A stretch of DNA of 64,000 bases from Cenococcum geophilum (taxonomy: Eukaryota), in NCBI GenBank assembly GCA_050273025.1, contig CP158635.1:32488001-32552000 (forward strand). The letters run 5' to 3'. The notes beneath the pieces are model-generated. The model was given only the letters and a program-made list of their open reading frames with translations. It was not told the DNA's origin and ran no database searches. The position numbers and the translations under genes were made by a program. How positions within the stretch are numbered: position 1 is the first letter of the stretch; each line of letters starts with the position of its first letter. Shown piece after piece: positions 22,710 to 36,417 of the stretch.

Positions 22710-25522
22710 TGTAAGGCAGTATTGCTAGGGTATACGGTAGGGAGCAGGCAAGCCGAGCATAAGTCACATAGGGAGTCGATGGAAGAGGACGATATAGTAA
22801 TAAGGGTAGGCAATAGCCTTGTACTAAGAGACGAACCGATGGGGGAGGAAGGAGGCTGCAAGCCCGAGGAGCTTATAAGGGGTGGCTAAGACCTAGCCGA
22901 AGGCTAGCCTTGGCAGCCCCTGAGAGCTCCCGGGATGTAGCTGAGTAAGGGACCAAAAGTACCCTTATATTGCCCCCCCCTTGGTTAGGGCTGGCCCCCA
23001 GCCCGTATCCTAATAGATTGATTCTATGTATAGAAAGGTAAGCAGTGCAGAAGCTTTGCTTATATAGGGGAATAAAGAAATAGGGGAAAAGGACCAGCTA
23101 AGCAGCCTTAATAAAAACCTTAACCTATGGCCAAAACCCAGTAGGAAAAAGGGCCTATTTTAGGTAGGAAAAGAGCGTCTGCTAGTAGGTAAGACTTGAT
23201 CGTATTAGTCTTGGAGACAATCGCCTGCGATTAAGTCTTGACAGCTCTATGGCTGACAGCCAGATAGTCTCCACTTGGAGCCGGCTTAATTGTAAGAATA
23301 TCCCTTATATTCCCCCCCCCTTCTTGCGGTCAACCCCCTCTATTACCTTACGGTAGCGGGAGATTATAGAGGGCTCGTCCTGGAAGGGTTCGGAGAGATG
23401 TCGGGTCTTATAAGCTTTTGAAGTAAGCTAGAGCTCTTAGAGCAACCAAAGCTTTGCTAAGAGATCGCGTAGGATCTTTATAAGACGTAGCTCTTTTTTA
23501 GAGACTTTAAATTGACGTCTTAATTACCTTCCCCCGGCCGCGTAATCAGTTTTTGTAAGGAAGTGATAGCCAAATAGCTATACGCGTGTTTCCTTCCTTC
23601 TGAATTACACTGTTATTACGGAGTAATATTGGTAATAAGAAGAGATTACGTAGGATCTAAGAGCTGCTGCCATTCTCTTGGGCAAGCTGTAGCTCTTGAT
23701 GCAGGCTGGAGCTTCTTAGAGCGACTAAAGCCTTGCAGAAAGATGATCGCGTACGATCTTTGAGCTGCTGCTATATCTTTTGGGCAAGCTATAGCTCTTG
23801 ATGCAAGCTGGAGCTCTTAGAGCGACCGAAGCCTTGTAGACAGATGATCGCGTACGATCTTTGAGCTGCTGCCATATCTTGGGCAAGCTGTAGCTCTTGA
23901 TGCAAGCTGGAGCTCTTAGAGCGACTAAAGTCTTGTAGAGAGATCGCGTACGATCTTTGAGCCGTAGCTTGAGGACGAGCCGTAGCTCTAGGAGACAATC
24001 GCTTTCGGTTGAGTCTCGGCAGCTCTATGGCTGACAGCCGGAGTCTCCGGGTCGGGCCGTAGCCCTAAGACGAGCCGTAGCTCTAAGACGAGCCGTAGCT
24101 CTTGAGGCAAGCAGTAGCTTGCGAGACCACCTACAATCTCGATGAGCCGTAGCTCTTGAAGCTGTAGCTATGGCTTAAGGATGGCATTTAACCGCAATAG
24201 GATCTCATAAGCTGAGCTTATAACTTCAGAAGAGACAATCGCGTACGATTTAGTCTCGGCAGCCCTTAGGCTGACAGCCGGAGAGTCTCCGGGTCGGGCC
24301 GTAGCCCTTGAGCGATCGCATAGGATCTTTGAGCCGTAGCTCGAGGTGAGCCGTAGCTCTGAGAGACAATCGCCCTGCGATTAGGTCTCGGCAGCCCTAT
24401 GGCTGACAGCCGGAGAGTCTCCGGGTCGGGCCGTAGCCCTAAGACGAGCCGTAGCTCTTGATGCAAGCTGGAGCTCTTGGAGCGACCAAAGCCTTGCAGA
24501 AAGATGATCGCGTACGATCTTTGAGCCGTAGCTCTTGAAGCAAGCAGTAGCTTGCGAGATCACATAGGATCTCTGAGCCGAAGCTCTTGAGGTAAGCCGT
24601 AGCTTAATGAGACAACCGCCTACGGTTTAGTCTCGGCAGCTCTATAGCTGACAGCCGGAAAGTTTCCGGGATGGGCCCTAGCCCTTGAGCGATCGCGAAC
24701 GATCTAAGAGCTATAGCTCTTTGCATCTCTTTAAGGACGTTCAACCTTCCAATCTCTGTTGGTGGGACCTCTGTCGCGAGTGAACCGCGGTTGGCCTAGA
24801 GAGCGTTACCAATCTCCTTAGGAGGTGATCGCGTCCGATCTGGTCTCCCTTCTCTAATCCGTATTCCATAACCGTTATCAGCGGACGCGATCCCAGATAT
24901 CTGCTGGTGTACCTGCTTGTTGCAGTGAACTAATCGGCCTAGGTAAGAGGGAAAGGATTGAGAATTCCTTTTTTCTCCTGATCTGTATCTACCAACCGTA
25001 ATATGCGGATGCGATCTGCCAGGCGTCTGCTGGTGTAGCTGCTCTGCAGCATACGCGATCGTCCTAGGTAAGGTAGAGGACTCGATCCGTATTCCAATGA
25101 ACCTTTGTATGCGGATGCGATCTGCCAGGCGTCTTGCTGGTGTAGCTGCTCTGCAGCGTACGCGGTCGTCCTAGGTAAAAATGGAGGATCGTGAAATGCT
25201 CGAGGGCGAAGCCCTCGGCTTGCTGCAGGCTACCACCCGCGAGGGTGTAGGATCGGTTCGAATGTAAGGCAGTATTGCCAGGGTGTACGGTAGGGAGCAG
25301 GCAAGCCGAGCATGAGTCACATAGGGAGTCGATGGAAGAGGACGATATGGTAATGAGGGTAGGCAATAGCCTTGTACTGAGAGACGAACCGATGGGGGAG
25401 GAAGGAGGCTGCAAGCCCGAGGAGCTTATAAGGGGTGGCCAAGGCCTAGCCGAAGGCTAGCCTTGGCAGCCCCTGAGAGCTCCCGGGATGTAGCCGAGTA
25501 AGGGACCAAAAGTACCCTTACA
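22710..25522 (-). mobile_element. Non-autonomous LTR retroelement D (2.8 kb; 260-bp LTRs 22710-22969 and 25263-25522; tandem-repeat interior, no gag/pol recognised)
   Basis: TSD TATAC (22705-22709, 25523-25527). G-run PPT on the minus strand adjoining 22969. Interior is built from GAGCCGTAGCTC / GATCGCGTACGATC / GGCTGACAGCCGG units. Confidence 0.9.
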
Positions 25523-28500
25523 TATACCTATAGGAAACTCTATCCTAAGCTTATTTGTATATCTTTAAACTAAGCCGCTGCTCTACTCTATCGGTTATCG
25601 TCTATTATAGGTCCTTAAGCTTGCCTTATCTTGTCTTAAGAATCTTAGTTATCTCTTATCTTATCTTAAAAATCTTAAGCCTTTAGCCTTTTGCCTTTAT
25701 TAAGTGCTAAAGTAGTTTATTATCCTACTTCTCTTATATCTTATAAAGCGATAGACATCGTATCTAGTGGGGTCTTAATCCCTACTAATATTCCCTATTC
25801 TGTAGTGGAATTATCCTCTGCCTTTTATATAATATCTCCGATGGCTATATATTTCTAGTAAACCGCACTTATTACCTTATCGTTATAAAATGTTTCGCCT
25901 ACGTTAAAGTTATTATCCTTAATATCCGATCTGTGAACTAGTTTATTGGTTCCTTTATACTGTATAGATTTTAGCTTCTATAGCTAATAGCTTACGCTAT
26001 ACTTAGCGTCTTTATAAATTTAGTATGCGTTATTATAACAAAACGTAAAACTTCTAATTAAACATTTTTTTGTTCCTCGTAGTATACTATTATCCCTCTA
26101 TATATGTGTGTCTTCTACTATTAGTCTAGTTCCCTTTATTATATAGTAATTCTAACTATCTTTATAATCCCTTATAAAGTAACCCTATTTTCTACAATTT
26201 ATACAAGCTCTATCTTTAAACTATTAACTTTATTATAGAGTCCGCCTAAACATCTTCTACTACTAAGATCTCTAGTTTAGCCTCTGCTCCTTAGTCCTAT
26301 AATTACTAGATCCTTAACCTCTAGGTTTTTATAGTTTCTTACTCTATCTCTTATAGGCTTCTTTAGTACTACTTAGGTCTATTAGCTCTGCGCCATACTA
26401 TAGTTTCTAACTTAGCTTTAGTTGTTACGTATTCTACGTCTTATATAACTATAGAACTCTATCCTAACCTCTCTTAGTCTGTTCCCTTTAGCAGATCCAA
26501 TTATTAATCTTAATCACTTAATCTATTAGTTCCCTTAGGGTGTCCGCATCTTCTATTAGAATAATTACGTCCTAGACTTTAGCCTTAAGTCCTTACTTAT
26601 ACTATACTATAAGCGCTCTATTATTCCACTTAACTTATATTGCTAACGTCTAAAACTACATTATATATTTAATTGCTAAGGTTCGCTACATAATGTCTTA
26701 GAGTTTTCTTTTTGCTATAGTTACTACCTTTAGGTCTCCAAATATTTATATAAGTCGTTCTATAAATCCATTTTAGCTTAAGAACATAAACCGTACTTTT
26801 TAGTTTATAGTTGTTATTCTATTTACCTAGATTTCTATAAGGTAAGGCTTAAACTATTTAAGTACTCTTCCTGTTAAGAACAATCCTACATACGCTATTT
26901 AATCTATAGGTATTACCAGCTTAGCTCCTTCTTGCGCGACCTTAAAGTACATTTACGTAAAAAATCCCTTAAGCTTTAATCTTTCTCCTAAAAATCTTTT
27001 AATCAATAGTAACTTAACCTTTACTACGCCTATCCCATTAATCCTAGTTTTGAGTACTACGTTATTTTCCGTTAACTAGTTAACTATCTCCTATAGTTAT
27101 CTAACCGTTATAGGTTGCTATAAGTTAGTATTTACTATATTAGTGTTACCTAACCTTAAAGTAGTTGCCGCCGTTAATAGCGTTATAGTAGCTGCTTTTA
27201 GTGGCATGTTATTTAGCTTTCTATATTAATACTATAACTAGGTAGTAATTGTGTAACAAAACCTTATAGTAAGAACTACAATAGGCTCGTTATTAGGCTA
27301 GGTATATAGGAAATATAAGTACAAAAGTTAATAACGTAATAACAACTAGTGAAGTGGTTGCCTAATAGATTAACTCTAATTATATTCTAAGAATCACTAT
27401 AAAAAAGGAACTATTTAGGTAGGGATTAAGGGTCCTTAAATACATAACCGTACTCCTATAAAATCCTTTTTATATATAATATACGTCTTATATATAAGGT
27501 ACGTAAGTTCCTTTTATTCCTCTTATTTAATACGTAGTATGTTATATAACCTTAGTTACCATTCCTCGTTATATAGTTCTACCGGCTCTATCCTAGACCG
27601 TACCTAAATTAACTAACTAGCTTCTTCTAACTCCTCTCTAAGTAGTTATAATATTGTACTTAAAGCGTCCGTAACAGTCGTGCTCGTACTATTACTATAA
27701 TATTATCTCTTAGTAAGATTATACCATCTCCGTATTCTCGCTATTTAAAAAAGGGGTTAGTTTATATTACGTTAGCGGACCTATCTTCGCAACAACTATT
27801 CTTTTATTTAAAGTATACTAAAGTAAATATTTATTCATCCTATAACGTTTACTTTACCTCTAATACTAAATATACGCGATTTATTACTCTTAATAGTTGT
27901 CTAGTTCTCTAATTAATTTATTTTAGGGTTTTATATTTAATCTACTGCTATATAGCTAGATAGTAAACCATCTTAAGCCCTTACTAAGTTAAAATGTTCC
28001 TAGGACGCGGAATAGAAGGCCCTAAATACTCGTATTATAGCGTTTACTTATTTACTTCATCTAAAAAAGGTTTATAAGAAGGTCCGTTTTAAGGAATAGA
28101 AACTTATAAAATAGAGTCTATAAGAACTTAGTAATAAAAAAACGGATTCTCTTTTAATAGAAAAGGAAATAGATCCGAGTAGCTTAGCAACTACTCTTTT
28201 TAGGTCCCCCTTAGGTGACTTATTCTTTAGCGATTCTTTTTTATTAATACTACCTAACCTAATTTCTTCTAATACTTCTATACCTTTCCTATAGCGTTCT
28301 TTAAAAATTTTAATGGTTTTTAGGTAGTTTTAATATAGCCTATCTACTTAACCTTATACTATATTTTGTTGTTAATATCCTTATAACTAATAATCCTTAA
28401 AACTTACTATTTATCTTCTTCCTATCCTCTATATATACCTGCTTTATAAACTAATAACTTAATATTCCTATATACTAGCTCTAGTATTATAATATACTAT

Positions 28501-31500
28501 ATAGGGTAGATCTTTATTTTAGCTAGTAGGTTTAACTTAAATATAACTAATAAAATTCTTTATATAATTTTAAAAGGTCCTAGTCTAATATAGTTTAACC
28601 TTTTACTTAGTTGTTAACTTTTAAAAAATTTATATAGTAGCTATACTTTATCTCCCTCCTTAAGATCTAGTCCCTTAAATCTCTTAGTATTATAGTACTT
28701 TTTTATTCTTTTTTATACTTTCTTTACTAATTCTATAAGGTCTATATAAAGATTTATTAATATCTTTATTCTTTCTTTAGCTATACTACTTGTCTTCTTT
28801 ATTTATTATAATAATAATAATATCCTTAGCTTATATCCATAATTTACCTTAAATAGTAATATACCTATACCTTCCTATGGCGTTATATTATATATAAACT
28901 ATATAACTGGTAATAGCGATACCTAATTATTCTATATATAATTAATATAATATCTTAGATACTATTCTAGTGTTTAATTTAATCTTTCCGTTTAACCGTC
29001 TATCTATAGATAATATATAGTAGAAGTTACTACTCTAACTTCTTATTCCGCTAAGAATACCTTTTAGAATACTGCTATAAATCTTAAATCTCTATCTAAT
29101 ATAATTTTACTTAGTACTCTATATCTTATAAACACTTCCTTAATATAAATTCTAGTAATATCTTCCGCTAAGATTTCTTCTATATATACTATAAAGTATC
29201 CCTACTTTATAAGCTTATCTACTATTACTAAAATTATATTATAATCTTATCCGGTAATAGGATCTCTTAATTTTAGTAACTTAATAATAAAGTCTTATAA
29301 TATAACCTTCTATAGTCTCTTTAGTATTTTAATAGGTTATAGCCCTTTGTATAGCTTATACCTTATTAGTTTATTTCTTTAATAATCTAAATATTCTTTT
29401 ATAACTTTTTGCGCTAAGCCTTAAATTCCGTTAATAATATACTCCTTTTGGAGTTTTAATACTAAGCCCGTAGCTCTATTATATCCTTAAGTTATTTCCT
29501 TATAAAAATCTTCCATAAATTACTCTACTATACTTTTTAGGATATACTTTACTTCTTAATTTTTATATATATCCATTTATAGATCTTCTAGCTATACCTT
29601 TAGAATTCTTTATACCTAAAAGCTTTCTAGTATCTTATAGACTCTATCTAGTTCTTCTTAAGTTGCTATAATTTTTAAATAATTATATCTAATTAATCCG
29701 TTTATATCTTTTTATAGTAAAGACCCTAATAGCTTCTTATTATTTTATAGTTTAGCCTTTTAACTTAGAGCGTCTGCTCTTATATTATTTGTACCCTTAA
29801 TATACTAAATCTTAAAATAGTATTCTATAAGCATTTCTGCCTATTTAACCTATCTTTAATTAAGTTCCTTTATTATTAGGAATCCTATTAGGTTCTTATA
29901 GTTTATCTTAACTATAAATAGTTTCTCTATACCTTATAAGAATACTTTCTATTTTTTTAGTGCTATAACTATACCTAATAACTCCTTATTATAAATGTTA
30001 TTGTTTAACTCTAGTAGTGTTATCTTTTAACTATAGTATGCTACTAGGTGCTATCTATTTTAATATCTTTATATAAAGTACGCCCCTAGTATATAGTCTA
30101 ATATATTTATCTTTATAACCATCTCTAGTTCTAGTTAATAGATCTTAAGAACTAGCTCTTAGGTAAATAACTCTTTAACTTTTTTAAAGAGTTCCTTTTA
30201 CTCCTTTCCCTATACCTATAGTTCTTCTTTCTTTATTAATTGCGTAAATAGCTTAATATCCTTTAACTATTATACTATAAACCTTCTATAGTAATTACAA
30301 AACCCTAGGAATAATTTTAACTGCGTAATATTCTCTAGTTCTTACCAATTTACTATAGCCTTAATCTTCTCTAAATCTATACTAAGTTGGCCTAGTTTAA
30401 TAATAAATCTAACAAAATTAGTCTTTTTAGTAAAGAACTCGCATTTTTTAATTGCTACTAGCATCTGTTCTTCTTATAGTCTCTTTAAAACCTATTTAAC
30501 GTGTTCTCTATATTCTTCCTTAGTTATTAAGTAGATAATAATATTGTTAAGGTATACTATAATAAATTTATCTAAGTGTTCTCCTAATATATTATTAATA
30601 TATTTCTAAAACGTTGCTAGTATATTTATAAGCCCAAATTATATAACTAATAGTTTATATAGTCCTTCCTTTAACCTAAAGACTGCCTTCTATTTATTGC
30701 CTTCCTTAATTTTAATCTAATAGTACGCCTATCTTAGATCTATTTTTATAAAGATTTATATATTATCTATCCTATTTTAGATTTCGCTAATTAAGGGTAA
30801 AGGATACCTATCCTTTTTAGTAATGCTATTTAAAGTACTAGATAACCCGCTAATAACTATAATAGTCTAATATATCCCTTTTATAAGTTTTTCTAAATAA
30901 ATTCTTTAAGTGCTCTACCTTCTTCTTTAGTAAGCTTGTAGATTAAAAAGAACCTTAGACTTATTCCTAATTCTAATTTTATTTTATAGTTCTATGCTAT
31001 ATAATCTAATAGCTTTTTACTTTTAGGTAACTATAGTTTCTTACTATACTTATAGTATCTCTTTAGTATATAACTTAAGCCTTACTTAGTCTCTTTATAT
31101 ATTATTCCGACTTAGTACTATACTAACTTAGCTTATTATTATATTTTGCGGCGTTAAGTATTTCTAATATTAACCTAACCTATAATCCAATTAATCTTTA
31201 GATTATATTTCTATAACTAAGGTATTCCTAATACTACCTTATCCCGTCCTAATAGTAAGATATTAAAAAATATCTTAATTCGTCTTCCTTTAATAGTTAT
31301 TTAAATAGGTCCTATTTTAAGATTAATAATCCCTCCTCTATAGGCTATTAGATCTTCTAAAATTATAACTAATAAGTAAGGTTATTCCTTCTATTTATAA
31401 GATAGTTCTATTCTTTTAACTACTATTAGTAAAATATAGTTTCGTATTACTCTACTATTTATTAGCGCTTTAAACTGCTAATCTTATTACTTTATTTATA

Positions 31501-34500
31501 AATTTAGGTGTTGTTTTTAAATTCCTTTAAGGGTTTAAGGCTCTACTACTAGCTCCCTCTATTTCTATAGGCCTTTACTTTTCCTAACTATTAGCTACTT
31601 AATTCTATTATACTTAGCTTACTCTTTAGCTAATACCTAGTTCGCTTTTTATCTTTAATATACTATAAATATGTATTCTTTAGGTATTCCCACTACTATT
31701 ATCCGTCTAAGTATTTTTCCGTAAGGAATCTTTCTAGTTAAAGTATTAAGTCTTCTAACTTCTAAACTTCTACTAGGTGCTAACTATGTATATACTTAGC
31801 GTTTCTATATTTTGCCTTATCTAATAACTAATATATCCTTACTAGGTACTTTTGGTTCTTATCTTTTAGTACTCTATATATATTATACGTATTATCTATA
31901 TATATAATCTATACTAATATATAATATGCTAGGTATTTTAGGTTAACTCTTAACTTATCTTTATTTTTAAGTTTAAACCTATTTTATATTGGTTTAAGCG
32001 TTACAACTTTATTTATAGGTACTGTAATTTACCTTTTACTTCTTTAGTCCTCTAATTACTCCTTTAAATCCTTTAATATTATAATTAAGGCTCCTTTAAT
32101 ATAACTTATGGCCTTCTCTATAATTGGGTAGTCTTAGATAACTTTTTTATCTAACTATATATAGAAATCTTCCTACTTATTATTATATCGTTACCTATAC
32201 CACTTTTAGTATAGTCCCTTAAGTATATACGGCTTATCCGTAAAGAAGTATCTTCTTATTACTATATCGTAATAGCCTTTAGTATATCGTTCTTTAAACC
32301 TAGTTAGAATCCCTAAATCCTCTTTATTTTCCAGTTTAATAAGCTACTTAGCTCTTAGTATACCTACCCTAGGCCTATTAGTAATTCTTTATATTAGCGC
32401 TTTATCCCTTATACATCCTAATATACTAAATCTCTTATCTAGTTTCTGTTTTTACTATGCGATAATTCTTTATCTAAACTCTTTTATAGTTTCTTTTGGT
32501 TTATATTTCGCAGATAGATCCTTAAAGTCTTTTTACTTCTTAATCTTAGTATTAACTTTTTAATCTTTAGGCCGAATACTGTGTTCTCCTAGTAAGTTCT
32601 CTAGGTCTATATATCCATCTCCTAGTCTAACTGCTATCTATATTATAGATTCTCTAATCTATAAAGAAGCCTCTTACCTCTTACTTATAGGTGTTTTTAT
32701 TTATACTCTAAATTTCTAACCCCTTTAGATTCTTAATCCTAAGCTTACTTTAGTCTTAAGCTTTACTTTAGCCTTAGTCTAACTAGGCTTAGGTATTCTT
32801 ATCTTATCTTAAGAGTCTTAAATCTTACTTATCTTATTTTAAGAATCTTATACCTATAGGAAACTCTATCTTAAGCTTATTCGTATATTTTTAAACTAAG
32901 CTATTACTCTACTCTATCGGTTATCGTCCGTTATAGGTCCTTAAGCTTACCTTATCTTATCTTAAGAATCTTAGTTATCTTATATCTTATCTTAAAAATC
33001 TTAAGCCTTTAGCCTTTTGCCTTTATTAAGTGCTAAAGTAGTTTACTACCCTACTTCTCTTACGTCTTATAAAGCAATAAACATTGTGTTTAGTAGGGTC
33101 TTAATCCCTACTAATATTCCCTATTCTATAGTGGAATTATCCTCTACCTCTAGTATAATATCTTTAAGGTCTATATACTTTTAGTAAGCCGCTTTCGTTA
33201 CCTTATTATTATAAAATATTTCGCCTATATTAAAGTTATTGTCCTTAATATCCAATCTACGAACTAGTTTATTAGTTCCTTTATATTTTTTTAAATATAG
33301 CTCTTATAGCTAATAGCTTACGCTATACTTAGCGTCCTTATAAATTTAGTATACGTTATTATAATAAAACATAAAACTTTTAATTAAACATTCTTTTATT
33401 CCTTATAGTATATTATTATCCCTCTATATATATATATTATCTACTAATCTCGTTCCCTTTACTATATAGTAACTCTAACTACTTTTATAGTCTTTAATAT
33501 AATAACTTTATTTTCCGTAATTTATATAAGCTCCTTTTTTAAACTATTTTTCTTATTATAGAGTCCGCCTAAATATCTTCTGCTACTAAGATCTCTAATT
33601 TAGCCTTTACTTCTTAGACCTTTAATTACTTAATCTTTATCCTCTAGGTTTCTACGGTTTCTTACTCTATCTTTTATAGGTTTCTCTAGTACTACTTAGG
33701 TCTATTAACTCTGCGCTATACTATAGTTTTTAACTTAGCTTTAGTTATTACGTGCTCTGCGCCTTATATAACTATAAAACTCTATTCTAGCCTCTCTTAG
33801 CCTGTTCCTTTTAGTAGATCCAATTATTAATTTTAATTACTTAATCTATTAGTTCCCTTAGGGTATTCGTATCTTCTATTAGGATAATTACGTCCTAGAC
33901 TTTAGCCTTAAGTCCCTATTTATACTATGCTATAAGCGCCTTATTATTCTACTTTACTTATATTACTAACATCTAGAACTATGTTATATACTTAATTACT
34001 AAGGTTTATTATATAATGTCTTAGAGTTTTCTTTTTACTATAGTTATTAATTCTAGGTCTCTAAATATTTATATAAGTTACTCTATAAACCCTTTCTAGC
34101 TTAAAAACATAAATTATATATCTTAATTGGTAGTTATTATACTATTTGCTTATATCTCTATAAGGTAAAACTTAAACTATTTAAGTGCCCTTTTTAATAG
34201 GAATAGTCCTATATATACTATTCGATCTATAGGTATTAGCAGCTTACCTCCTTCTTACGTAACTTTAAAGTGTATTTAGGTAAGAAACCCCTTAAGCTTT
34301 AATCTTTCTCCTAAGTACCTTTTAATTAGTAATAACTTAATCTTTGCTGCTCTAATCCTATTAATCCTATTTTTTAATTTTCTATTATTTTCTATTAGCT
34401 AGTTAACTATCTCTTATAGTTATTTAACCGTTATAGGTTATTATAAGTTAGTGTCTGCTATACTAGTGTCGTTACCTAACCTTAAAGTAGTTGCCGCTGT

Positions 34501-36417
34501 TAATAGCGTTATAGCTAGTGCTTTTAGTGGCATATTATTCGACTTTCTATATTTAATACCGTAATTAGGTAGTAATTGTGTAACGGAACCTTATAGTAAA
34601 AACTACAATAGGCTTATTATTAGGCTAGGTATGTAGGTAATATAAGTATAAAAGTTAACAAGTAATAATAACTGGTGGAGTGGTTGCCTAATAGATTAAC
34701 TCTAATTGTATTCTGAGAATTACTATAAGGAAGGAACTATCTAGGTAGGGACTAAGGGTCCTTAAATACATAACCGTACTCCTATAAAATCCTTCTTATA
34801 TATAATGTACGTCTTATATATAAGGTACGTAAGTTCCTCCCGTTCCTCTTGTTTAATACATAGCATATTATATAACCTTAGTTACTATTCTTCGTCACAT
34901 AGCTCTATCGGCTCTATCCTAGACCGTGCCTAAATTAACTAACTAGCTTCTTCCGACTCTTCTCTAAGTAGTCGTAACATTATACTTAAAGCGTCCGTAA
35001 TAGACGGATTAATTAGATATAATTATCCAAAAATTATAGTAACTTAAGAAGACGACGAACTAGAAAGAGTTTATAAGTTACTAGAGAGCTTTTAGGTATA
35101 AAGAATTTTAAAAGTATAGCTAGAAGATTTATAGATAGATATATACGAAAATTAAGAGGTAAAGTACATCCTAAGAAGTATAGTAGAATAATTTATAGAA
35201 GAATTCTATAAGGGATTGACTTGAGAACATAATGGAGCTATAGGCTTAGTATTAAGACTCTAGGAGGAGTATATTATTAATAAAATCTAGGGCTTAGCGC
35301 GAAAAGTTATTAAAGAATGTTTAGATTACTAGAGAAATAAATTAATAAGGCATAAGCTATATAGAGGGCTATAACCTATTAAAATACTAAAGAGACTATA
35401 GGAGGTTATATTATGGGACTTTATTATTAAGTTGCTAAAATTAAGAGATCTTATTACCGGATAAGATTATAACGTAATCTTAGTAATAGTAGATAAGCTT
35501 ATAAAGTGGGGATACTTTATAGCGTGTATAGAAGAAATATTAGCAGAAGACGTCACTAGAATCTATATTAAAGAAGTGTTTATAAAATATAGAGTATTAA
35601 GTAAAATTATATTGGATAGGGATCTAAGATTTATAATAGTATTCTAGGAGGCATTTTTAGCGAAATAAGGAGTTAGAGTAGTAATTTTTACCGTATATTA
35701 TCCGCAGACAGATAGTTAAATAGAGAGATTAAATTAGACACTAAAGTAGTATTTAAGACACTATATTAATTATACATAGAACAATTGGGTATTATTATTA
35801 TTAGTTATATAGTTTATATATAATATAATACTATAAGAAGGAATAGGCATATTACTATTTAAGGCAAATTATGGATATAAGCTAAGAATATTATTATTAC
35901 TATAGTAAGCGAAGAAAATAAGTAGTATAGCTAAAGAAAGAATAAAGACGTTAATAAATCTTTATATAGACCTTATGGAATTAGTAAAGAAAGTATAAAA
36001 AAGAATAAAAAAAGTACTATAATGCTAAGAGATCTAAGGGACTAGATTTTAAGGAGGGAGATAAAGTATAGCTACTATATAAAAATTTTAAGAGTTAACA
36101 ACTAAGTAAGAAGTTAGACTATGTTAAACTAGGACCTTTTAAAATTAAGTAAAAAATTTTACTAGTTACGTTTAAATTAAACCTATTAGCTAAAATAAAG
36201 ATCTACCCTATATAGTATATTGCAATACTAGAGCTAGTATATAGGAATATTAAGCTACTAGTTTACAAGGCAGATATATATAGAGGATAAAAAGAGGATA
36301 AATAGTAAGTTTTAAAGATTGTTAGCTATAAAGACGTTAATAATAAAATATAGTATAAGGTAAAGTAGATAGGCTATAATAAGACTACCTAGAAACTACT
36401 AGAGAACCTAAAAAATG

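Larger units (their letters stand above)
16018..27676 (-). mobile_element. Chromovirus A3, full length, nested in the 3' region of A2 (3' LTR 16018-16442; 5' LTR 27252-27676)
   Basis: TSD GTCGT at 16013-16017 and 27677-27681. Internal region is colinear with A1 and A2. Confidence 0.92.
14414..35002 (-). mobile_element. Chromovirus A2, full length, nested in A1 pol (3' LTR 14414-14837; 5' LTR 34579-35002; body 27677-34578)
   Basis: TSD GACGG (35003-35007) with RIP-altered GATAG (14409-14413). A1 sequence joins seamlessly across the insertion. PPT next to 14837. Confidence 0.9.

Noticed and set aside
23400..24720. Repeat array as CRISPR or hammerhead retrozyme
   Set aside because: No constant repeat/unique spacer pattern, eukaryotic context, and no CUGANGA...GAAA core with stems found in the LTRs of D.
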